From the NCBI GenBank assembly GCA_951406725.2, contig OX597840.1:6572001-6636000 (forward strand): a stretch of DNA of 64,000 nucleotides, read 5' to 3'. Shown one piece after another: positions 53,916-64,000 of the stretch. The stretch comes from Octopus vulgaris. Its lineage: Eukaryota. The translations under genes were made by a program, and so were the position numbers. The notes beneath the pieces are model-generated. The model was given only the letters and a program-made list of their open reading frames with translations, ran no database searches and was not told the DNA's origin. Position 1 is the first letter of the stretch. Each line of letters starts with the position of its first letter.

Positions 53916-54485
53916 CAGAGCTATTTTCATCATACTTGTGGCTATGGCGAAAGAATGTATCTGGTGGACACATCTGAAAGGATTAGAGACAAACACTTTC
54001 TTCTCTGGTCAATCTCTCATCAACTTCTTCAAGTATCACTTGAAAAGGAAAGTGAGAGAAGAGAGGCAAGTGTTGTCTAGTGAATGTTTCAAAAAAAGAT
54101 GGGTGAATGTAGCAAGGATGGCATGTATGAATGACAAAGCCACCTTGAGCATAATCCTATGAACCTGGAAAAATTTAAAACAGAGAGTTATTTACTTGCA
54201 AATAAATGTGTTAACATGTGACATTATTGACTGAGGTTACCGTGGTCTTTTCCGTAGGCTTTTCTTTCCATGGATAAACCCTATCTGTTTCTCCCTCTAC
54301 ACTTTACATCATGACATTTCTGTGATACACGATCCCTATTGATCGTTTTTTTTCTTTTTTCTCTTTTCTTTTTTAGTTTTTACGATCCCTTTTGATCGAA
54401 AACCTACCCCACTTCTTAATTTCTTCCCAAAAAGATAAGCTCTACTTTGTAATTTGTCCCCTCTGTATGGCTAATAAAGAAACAT
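53916..54485 (+). mobile_element. L1/Tx1-clade LINE 3' end (ORF2 C-terminus + UTR)
   Basis: LVAMAKECIWWTHLK...FKKRW...*; UTR ends ttgtcccctctgtatggctaataaagaaac; the same UTR end occurs at 30004-30075 (minus). Confidence 0.65.
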
Positions 54486-55054
54486 ATCTATCTAAGATTG
54501 ATAGATAGATTGATTGATGATAGATGGATGGATGGATAGATAGATAGATAGATGGAGGGATAGATAGATAGATAGATAGATGGAGGGATAGATAGATAGA
54601 TAGATTGCTAGATAGATAGATAGATAGGTAGATAGATAGATAGATAGATATAAAATGGTCATTTAGATGTGTGTGCATGTTGTTTGTGCATGACTTGGTG
54701 GCTTGTAGCAGGCTTTCGTGAACCATTTTTACATTCCTGTATAGCTATCAGCACACATCATAAGGAAAACGTGTATGAGCAGAGAGAGAGGGGGATGGGG
54801 GGAGTAGTAGTGGATAGACATATATATAGAGAGAGAGAGACCAGGAAATAGATATGAACGCTAACAAGTGTTGACAGGAAAGTAGAAATGCGAGGAGCGG
54901 GAGGAGGGAACCAGGAAATAGAAAGAGATATGACAATATATATATATATATATATGTTATTATTAAAAGGAGAGGGAGAAGACGCAAAATGAGAGGAAAG
55001 AGAGAAAGAGAGAGACAGACAGACAGAGATTGAAAGGGTGATGAGAGAACTCTC

Positions 55055-55279
55055 TTTACTCTTTTACCCTTTTACTTGTTTCAGTCATTTGACTGCGGCC
55101 ATGCTGGAGCACCGCCTTTAATTGAGCAACTTGACCCCGGGACATATTCTTTTTGTAAGCCCAGTACTTATTCTATCGGTCTCTTTTGCCGAACTGCTAA
55201 GTAACGGGGACATAAACACACCAGCATCGGTTGTCAAGCAATGCTAGGGGGACAAACACACACACACAAATACAAACAG

Positions 55280-55316
<37 letters not shown>

Positions 55317-55486
55317 CATATATACGACAGGCTTCTTTCAGTTTCCGTCTACCAAATCCACTCACAAGGCTTTGGTCGGCTCGAGGCTATAGTAGAAGAC
55401 ACTTGCCCAAGGTGCCACGCAGTGGGACTGAACCCGGAACCATGTGGTTGGTTAGCAAGCTACTTACCACACAGCCACTCCTGCGC
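55055..55486 (-). mobile_element. SINE A, full length
   Basis: Complete head, microsatellite and tail. Confidence 0.92.
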
Positions 55487-56062
55487 TTAACTAGGAATTT
55501 TAAAAGTTGCACTTGTATACAGATATATTTTTCTCTGTACTTTCTTCTGTCGAAAATGGGACGATTCCTGAGTTTTTTCTAGCAAACAGGTCCAGACATT
55601 TTCTAGAGAATTTGGGTAGAATTGTGAAGCTGTGGCTCCATGCTTTCATCCATCAGGTGGTCTTGGGTTCAGTCCCACCATGCAGCACCTTGGGCAAGTG
55701 GTACATGTCTTCTACTATAGCCCTTGGCCAACCAAAGCCTTGTGAATGGATTTGATGGATGGGAACTGAAAGAAGCCCATCATATATATATATATATATA
55801 CAAATATGAGAGTGAATCCACTATGTCGACGCTCTTATGCTAGATATAGATCTGCAAAGGGACTCAGCCACTAAGAATTGTTCTCAAGAAAAATTTTAGC
55901 ACACTAAGAATGTAAGCAAGCAGGACAAATGAAAAATGACAAAAATATAGATTAACCCCATACAATTGTTTCACTGTTAATAAATTATGTAATTTTACTT
56001 ACATAAATATCTTCAGATCATCAGTGGAGTACGTCATAAAATATAATTTGTCGAACTGCACA

Positions 56063-56109
<47 letters not shown>

Positions 56110-56231
56110 CAACTTATAAACAAGAGCAAAAGTTTATAAGATGTTTATAAATTTAACCTTTAAAGGTATTTTTAATATGCTGGTCATTGATAAAATTTTA
56201 TTTCGAAAAATTTTATCCTATATTAGATGTA

Positions 56232-56277
<46 letters not shown>

Positions 56278-56302
56278 ACAAATGGAAATTGTAGTTAAGA
56301 TA

Positions 56303-56626
56303 CCCGTTCCGGTGACACGTAAAAAGCACTGTCCGAATGTGGCAGATGCCAGCACCGCCTGACTGGCATCCGTGTCGGTAACATGTAAAAGCACCAACCA
56401 ATCGTGACTGTTTGCCAGCTTCCTCTGGCCCCTGTGCCGGTGGCATGTAAAAAGCACCCACTACACTCTCTGAGCGGCTGGCGTTAGGAAGGGTATCCAG
56501 CCGTAGAAACACTGCCAGATCAGACTGGAGCCTGGTGCAGCCTCCTGGCTTCCCAGATCCTGGTCGAACCGTCCAACCCATGCTAGCATGGAAAGCGGAT
56601 GTTAAACGATGATGATGATGATGATG
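56303..56626 (+). mobile_element. SINE D
   Basis: gtaaaaagcac modules; ggcgttaggaagggtatccagccgtagaaac; (GAT)n tail. Confidence 0.85.
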
Positions 56627-57287
56627 AATGACCTTGAACCCACAAGAGTAAGCAAGAGAGACAGACAGGCAGAAACAAGGAAAATGCCACTTGTATTTGA
56701 ACACTATACAAATATTCTTTTAATTTTTCCAAAATTTAATTGTTTTCCTTACTTACAGTTGAATAAGTCTCAATGACTGAAAATGGTACTGAAATGTTTT
56801 TTATAAACATTGGCGTTAGGAAGGGCATCCAGCCGTAGAAACACTGCCAGATTTGACTGGGCCTGATGAAGCCTTCTGGCTTCACAGACCCCAGTAGAAC
56901 CGTCCAACCCATGCTAGCATGGAAAACGGACGCTAAATGATGATGATGATGATAATTTAGTATTTTCTATCTTGACTTTTTTTTCAAGCGATGGTGATGT
57001 TGGTGGGAGGGACAAACACAGACACACAAACATACACACACACATGCATATATAAATATATATATACATATATACAACGGGCTTCTTTCAGTTTCCGTCT
57101 AGCAAATCTACTCACAAGGCTTTGGTCGGCCAGAGGCTATAGTAGAAGACATTTGCCCAAGGTGCCACGCTGTGGGACTGAACCCGGAACCATGTGGTTG
57201 GTAAGCAAGGTACTTACCACACAGCCACTCCTACGCCTATGATTTTTTACCTTGATTTTTTTTTCTCTTTTTTTTTGGTTACTGTAG

Positions 57288-57481
57288 CACAGTCTGATGA
57301 CAAAACATGTCCCACGTCCCATAGATCCTGCTTTTTGGAAGAGGTCCCCCTATGCCAAACAGACTTAAAAGCTGCGTTATCAATTGCCGATGAGTGGGAA
57401 AATACCATTGTAGTTTCAACATCCTGTTTCTATGGAGCAGAGTCTGTCGTTGGCAAGACCTCTACTGATCCATCTTCTTGA
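57288..57481 (+). CDS. Possible downstream coding exon (phase 1), product unknown
   Basis: T-rich tract + actgtag acceptor; frame compatible with the 47340 donor (QSDDKTCPTSHRSCFLEEVPLC...); a minus-strand reading is equally possible. Confidence 0.22.
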
Positions 57482-58123
57482 TTTTATATCCTCGTCCCAG
57501 CCTACTTGATCTCAATAATCCTTGTTGTCATAGACGGACAAACAGACAGACAAGCAGGCAGGTTGTCGAGACAGTTTCTAACACTGCAAGCCTCAGCCTG
57601 CCGCAAACCTGTTTTTATTATTTGTTGCTGTTGTTACTTTTCCCGTTCTTCTCGACCAAGCGTAAATCTTGAAGGAGAGCTGGGTGGGGGTTTGAAGCAA
57701 AATCGAATGATAGCCTCGTTTACATCATCGTTGTCATCATCGTTGACCATCATCATCATTATCATCATGATTTAATGTTTGTTTTTTTTTATTGTTTACG
57801 GTATTTCCCATCACATCCACTCTCACACAATGACACACACATTCTCTCTCTGTCTCTCTCTCACACACACATACACATACACACACGCACTTATAAACAT
57901 CCACCTCAAGAGAAAAAAGAAAGAGCAGTAATGAGCAAATAAGACCCATGCAAAAGTATGTCCAAGAACCCACACTCATACACTCATACACATGCAAACA
58001 CACACACACACACACACACACTCACGCACACACATTACAACACAAAATAGCACACACACACACACACACACACAGGTCCTCAACAGACATAATCATAGGC
58101 ACACACAGGATGAAAGATATGCA

Positions 58124-58293
58124 TAGGTGCAGGAGTGGCTGGGTGGTAAGTAGCTTGTTTACCAACCACATGGTTCCGGGTTCAGTCCCACTGCGTGGCA
58201 CCTTGGCAAGTGTCTTCTATTATAGCCTCAGACCAACCAAAGCCTTGTGAGTGGATTTAGTAGATGGAAACTGAAAGAAGCCCGTCATATATA

Positions 58294-58356
<63 letters not shown>

Positions 58357-58568
58357 ATATGTTTGTGTGTCTGTGTTTGTCCCATCAACATTGCTTGACA
58401 GCCGATGCTGGTGTGTTTACATCCCCATAACATAGCGGTTCAGCAAAAGAGACCGTAGAATAAGTACTAGGCTTACAAAGATTACGTCCTGGGGACGATC
58501 TGATTTGACTAAAAGCAGTGCTCCAGCATGGCCGCAGTCAAATGACTGAAACAAGTAAAAGAGTAAAA
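58124..58568 (+). mobile_element. SINE A, full length
   Basis: Complete structure. Confidence 0.9.
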
Positions 58569-58571
58569 GTG

Positions 58572-58613
<42 letters not shown>

Positions 58614-59201
58614 ACTTATGAAATCATGATGTTCTATTTCCTTTTCTATACTGCAACTTTAGTGAAGTGATTCTCTCACAAAATCTATTCTTCCTCACCA
58701 TAAGCCACTCCAAAATAAACATTTCTGTAAAAAAATTTTTGCCACCCTTCCCATCACCCTCTGCTGGTTTTTATTCATGAGAAAAAAAAACAAGATTTAC
58801 TTGTATAAAAGTAATTCTTTTCTCTTTGCCTCAATGTTTGAGCGAGGTCGAGGTCGTTACCAGTGCTGCTGGACAGGCTCCTGTGCAGGTGGCACATAAA
58901 AAACACCATTTGAGCATGGCCATCGCCAGTACCGCCTGATTGGCCCTCGTGCCGGTGGCATGTAAAAGCACCCACTACACTCTCGGAGTGGTTTGCATTA
59001 GTAATGGCATCCAGCTGTAGAAACTCTGCCAGATCAGATTGGAGCCTGGTTTAGCCATCTCAAAGACTTTATCTATATCATACAGAAAAATTTAAATATA
59101 CTATGATAAATATTATTCAAAAAATCAATAAATTAAATTAACATTAAATTAAATAAGCATTAAATAAACATTAAATTAAGTTTGGAATTATATTCCCTAC
59201 T

Positions 59202-59254
<53 letters not shown>

Positions 59255-59276
59255 TATACATATATATATGTACATG

Positions 59277-59316
<40 letters not shown>

Positions 59317-59865
59317 TATATGTATGTATGTATATATATATGTATGTATGTATATATATATATTTATATATCATCATCATCATCATCATTTAACGTCCGT
59401 TTTCTATGCTAGCACGGGTTGGACGGTTTGACCGGGATCTGGGAAGCCAGGAGGCTGCACCAGGCTCCAGTCTGAAATGTCAGTGTTTCTACAGATGGAT
59501 ACCCATCCTAACGCCAACCACTCCATGAGTGTAGTGGGTGTTTTTTACGTGCCATCAGCACAGGTGCCATGGGAGGCCACGATCGGTTGGTGCTTTTTAC
59601 CTGCCACCGGCACGGAAGCCAGTCAAGGTGGCGCTGGCATCAGCCACGTTTGGATGTTGCTTTTTACGTGCCACCTGTACAGGCAACGGCCTGTATATAT
59701 AAATATATATGTATAACCTGTAGTGGAGAACAGTCAACACGTGCTGAGGCTGACCAAAGAATTTTATATTTAGATATATCTGGGGTACTTAAAAGTACTC
59801 ATGATTTTTGCTTCGGCTTTTTTCCATGGGCGCATGTAAGTATCTTATTTATATCCTTTTGTATG

Positions 59866-59924
59866 TTCTACTGAAGAGGAAAGAATCTTTTATGAGATAG
59901 TTCCGAAATTGATTCAATATAGAA
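59866..59924 (+). ncRNA. Type I hammerhead ribozyme
   Basis: UUCUA-CUGAAGA-GGAA(19 nt)UUCC-GAAA-UUGAuUCAA-UA-UAGAA; all three stems and the core intact. Confidence 0.8.
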
Positions 59925-60088
59925 ATAACAAACTTTTTTAAAAAATTCTCTCGGCCGGCTTCTCCGATTTCAGTTCTTAGTGTCTTTTTCTGTAGCGGGT
60001 AAATAATATGTAGAAATTGACGATTTAAAAGTCTGTTATCAGTATATTGGCATTGAAATAATTTTCTTTAGCCCTCATTTATAAGTTG

Positions 60089-60132
<44 letters not shown>

Positions 60133-60139
60133 ATGTGTT

Positions 60140-60495
60140 ACCAGTGCCGGTGGCATGTAAGAGAACCTTCCGTTTCGCGACCGTTGCCAGCACCGCCCCG
60201 TTTCGTGTTCGTTGCCAGCCTCGCCTGGCCCTCGTGCCGGTGGCACATAAAAAAACACCATCCGTTCGTGGCCGTTTGCCAGCTCTGGCTGGCACCAGTG
60301 CGGGTGGCACGTAAAAAGCACCCACTACACTCACGGAGTGGTTGGCGTTAGGAAGGGCATCCAGCCGTAGAAACACTGCCAGATTTGACTGGGCCTGATG
60401 AAGCCTTCTGGCTTCACAGACCCCAGCAGAACCGTCCAACCCATGCTAGCATGGAAAACGGACGCTAAATGATGATGATGATGATGATGATGATG

Positions 60496-60497
<2 letters not shown>
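60140..60497 (+). mobile_element. SINE D
   Basis: Same modules and tail as other D copies. Confidence 0.85.
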
Positions 60498-60521
<24 letters not shown>

Positions 60522-60526
<5 letters not shown>

Positions 60527-60768
60527 TTTGATCACTTTGACCGACCAGTCTGTCAGGCGTCCATTTGACACCGCTGGTCACAGCACGCTGTCCACTCCTC
60601 TCTGGATCGCGCCTTTCTCATCCACGTGATCCCAATCGTCCTCTTGAAATCATCACTCCTCCGTCGTGGAGGTCTTCCGGGTGGTCTTTTCCGCTCACGC
60701 GGGTACCACTCGACAACTGCGTGCGTCCACCGATTATCGGTGAGCCGGGCGACATGTCCAGCCCAAAT
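60522..60768 (-). mobile_element. RTE LINE 3' end
   Basis: WAGHVARLTDNRWTHAVVEWYPRERKRPPGRPPRR..DD..W; tail ggtcaaagtgatcaaagtgat. Confidence 0.9.
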
Positions 60769-60841
60769 ATATATATATACATACATACATACATACATAC
60801 ATACACACACACACATATGTAACTGTCCAAGAATCCACAAA

Positions 60842-61229
60842 TCTCTCTATATATAAACGGCAGTTTGTCTGTGCGTGTTTCTGTGTGTCTGTTTTCTCGT
60901 ACCCTCACCCTGACCACGGCTTTCAACCGATTCTGATGAAACTTGACACACACATAGCCCAATGTCATAATTCAAAACTAACGCAGCGAAAATTTTGAAA
61001 AGTTAACCCCAGTTCTGAAAAAAATCGATAAATTCGACATGGGGTCGAGAATCAAAACAAACAAACCACAGACTGTCTAGGGGACGCAACTCAACCTTTT
61101 TTTACTCTCAAAAAAAAATTTACCATAATTTTTTTTCCATTTTTTTGCTATTTTTTGGCTATAACTCTCTAAAAATGCTTTATAGTTATTTCCCTTACAA
61201 ACCTGAGCAACGCCGGGCGATACTGCTAG
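60842..61229 (+). mobile_element. Non-autonomous Helitron
   Basis: A|TC 5' end, subterminal hairpin cctgagcaacgccggg, CTAG|T 3' end, no TSD. Confidence 0.85.
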
Positions 61230-61697
61230 TCAGGAATAAAAATATGGCACAAATATTGGGCACATGCTGTTCACACACAAAATATATTAAAGCTTTTGTT
61301 GCTTTTACACGTATAATCCTATACACATGTCTGTATACATCTGTATGCGTGCACACATGTACATCCTTGTCTACATGCGTGCTTGTGTATGTGTGTGTGT
61401 GTGTGTGTGAGATATGCAAACCCACTAATACAAGACTAACCTTATCAGTAATGCTATTTATATTTGGCTTGGTAATTTTTCTGTTCCACCACCGCCATCG
61501 CCACCACCACCACATCACCACCACCTCACTGTCACATCTTAGCAACCACAACAACCACATCCTGTTCTCTCCTCTCTCAGCTCTATTGTATTAATGTGTT
61601 TTTTTTGGATGGGTTTTTCCCCCCCATCATTACTATAGTAGTGAGGAGAACACTAAGAACACAACCATGACCACCACCACCACCATCAGCAACAGCC

Positions 61698-62420
61698 AGT
61701 GGAGGCGCAATGGCCCAATGGTTAGGGCAGCGGACTCGTGGTCGGAGGATCGCGGTTTCGATTTCCAGACCGGGCGTTGTGTGTGTTTATTGAGCGGAAA
61801 CACCTAAAGCTCCACGAGGCTCCGGCAGGGGGTGGTGACGACCCCTGTTGTACTCTTTCGCTCCAACATCAAGTGGAGGCGCAATGGCCCAATGGTTAGA
61901 GCAGCGGACTTGCGGTCAGAGGATCACGGTTTCGATTCCCAGACCAGGCGTTGTGTGTGTTTATTGAGCGGAAACACCTAAAGCTCTACGAGGCTCCGGC
62001 AGGGGGTGGTGACGACCCCTGTTGTACTCTTTCGCTCCAACATCAAGTGGAGGCGCAATGGCCCAATGGTTAGAGCAGCGGACTTGTGGTCAGAGGATCA
62101 CGGTTTCGATTCCCAGACCAGGCGTTGTATGTATTTTTTGAGCGAAAACACCTAAAGCCCCACGAGGCTCCGGCAGAGGGTGGTGGCGACCCCTGTTGTA
62201 CTCTTTCGCTCCAACTTTCTCTCACTCTTTCTTCCTGTTTCTTGTCCCCGACTTCCTACGCAACCGCTGAGCCTGGATGCACATTCATCCATCCGTCGAT
62301 GCTCTCGGTGTCAGGGGGGGTCGACCTGCTTTCTCTTCTGTGGGTCTTACGAATAGCAAAGGACCACGTTTCGGACTTCTCCCACTACACTGGGACGAAG
62401 ACTGCTTCACTCAACAAACA
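61698..62420 (+). mobile_element. SINE B: three tandem heads plus a fourth tail type
   Basis: agtggaggcgcaatggccc at ~61698, 61872 and 62046 (174-bp period); tail cttgtccccgacttcctacgc...ttcactcaacaaac. Confidence 0.88.
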
Positions 62421-62691
62421 AACAAACATTAGCAACAACAGCCATCCAAGAATTTGGACCTGGAGATCTTCATTTCCAGCGACTTCGAGGGCCACCTCCC
62501 AGTGGTGTCAGGCGTCAACGAAGTGCCCTTGACTACAAGACAACCAAAGTTTTTTTTTTTTCCAAGGTCTGGGGTCTCCCACCCCTAAGCCCTAGACCAT
62601 CACCTAATCACCCTTACCTGTCTTGTTGCCTAACAACAACAGCAACAATCATCAACAACAACAACACCACTATGTGTGTGTATCTATATAT

Positions 62692-63072
62692 TTCTTTACT
62701 ACCCACAAGGGGCTAAACACAGAGGGGGCAAACAAGGACAGACAAACGGATTAAGTCGATTACATCGACCCCGAAAGGATGAAAGGCAAAGTCGACCTCG
62801 GCGGAATTTGAACTCAGAACGTAACGGCAGACGAAATACCTATTTCTTTACTACCCACAAGGGGCTAAACATAGAGGGGACAAACAAGGACACCAAACGA
62901 ATTAAGTTGATTACATCGACACCAGTGCGTAACTGGTACTTATTTAATCAACCCCGAAAGGATGAAAGGCAAAGTCGACCTCGGCGGAATTTGAGCCCAG
63001 AATGTAACATTTTAAACGAAGGTGAACGAAATGCCGCTTACATTTGGCTCGGCTTGCTAACGGTTCTGCCAA
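62692..63072 (-). mobile_element. SINE C, tandem dimer
   Basis: Same junction (gacgaaatacc|tatttctttac) as other dimers. Confidence 0.85.
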
Positions 63073-63554
63073 CATACAGCCTTGAGTGTGTGTGTGTATA
63101 TATATATATATGCTGAATGGTGTCATCTGCTAACGAACTTATTCAGGTAAATTGTCACCCCCCACCTCACCACCACCATACCTGCACTCACACCTGTTCC
63201 TTCCTGTGACAGGAAGTGTGCAGCAGCAGAAACAACAGATGTCAGGTGTTTGTGGTGGTGGTGGGGTGAAGGTGCCGAAGGTCAACTAATTATTTGTAGA
63301 CAGACAGGTGAACCTTTATCCCAGGTGGGCGCTTATCATTATCATTGAAACAAAAATATAATTATTCCATCAGAGTGTTTGTGTTTGTGATAGAGGCTAT
63401 GATATAAATAGTCTGGTTTGAGTTATTTTTGTAAAATATTTGGTGGATTTTTTTATTGTTATTATTCAGCCCTTATAATGAGATAAACTGACAGAATTGT
63501 TAGTGCGTCAGACAAAATGCCAAACAGTCTTTCTTACACCTATTTACCTTCTGG

Positions 63555-63979
63555 GGATCTTTTCAGTTTGAACGGCAGTTTTTTCTAGTGATGTCATATG
63601 AAATTATCACCCATAATTATATCCCTAGTATCGATCTATTGCATTTCAATCTGTTTTAGGGTTAGGGTTAGTTAGGGTTAGGGGTGGGGGAGGGTATCTT
63701 TTTTTCTTCACAAATGTAAATAAACGCAATCTGTTTCTTAAACAAGGGACATATTCATACGGCACAGAATGTTTTCACCTCAATAGACAGTCATTGATTG
63801 GTTGAAATTGCAGAAATTGAAGGAAAAAAACAACAAATATCTTACAAACTATAGAATTTTCTCAATAAAGCCAAGAGAAAAAGATGTTTTATAAACACAT
63901 TCTACCAGTATACGAAGTTTAAAATTTTTTAGTTACGTGGAAATTATTTTAAAAACTGCCGTTCAAACCGAAAAGATCC
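63555..63979 (+). mobile_element. Full-length ~425-bp MITE with ~29-bp TIRs and internal TTAGGG
   Basis: ggatcttttcagtttgaacggcagttttt ... aaaaactgccgttcaaaccgaaaagatcc. Confidence 0.9.
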
Positions 63980-64000
63980 TATTTGGTGGTTTTTATTGTT

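Noticed and set aside
56735-56795. Micro-exon
   Set aside because: Splice-like signals exist on both strands; no frame can be tied to another exon with confidence.

Overview
This is AT-rich, repeat-saturated animal DNA. The SINE families and microsatellite load point to an Octopus (coleoid cephalopod) genome; that is an inference, not checked by any search. Almost all of the window is microsatellites, four recurrent SINE families (labelled A-D here) and dead transposon fragments: CR1-like, RTE, L1/Tx1, Dong/R4 and Penelope retroelements, Tc1/mariner and hAT, a non-autonomous Helitron, and a MITE carrying TTAGGG repeats. No transposon ORF is intact, and the long ORFs in the track are microsatellite artefacts. 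One plausible host coding exon (47160-47340, signal peptide plus Thr/Pro-rich segment) is visible. The most notable signal is RNA structure. Besides several ordinary type I hammerhead ribozyme motifs, three loci (7581-7645, 22186-22246, 20931-20990) from two apparently unrelated repeat families carry all hammerhead catalytic motifs in a non-circularly permuted, pseudoknotted order. Their spacing is conserved, and stems I and III pair with different sequences at each locus. Three SINE/LINE pairs with shared 3' tails can also be read within the window. Coordinates were counted by hand; element boundaries are approximate.
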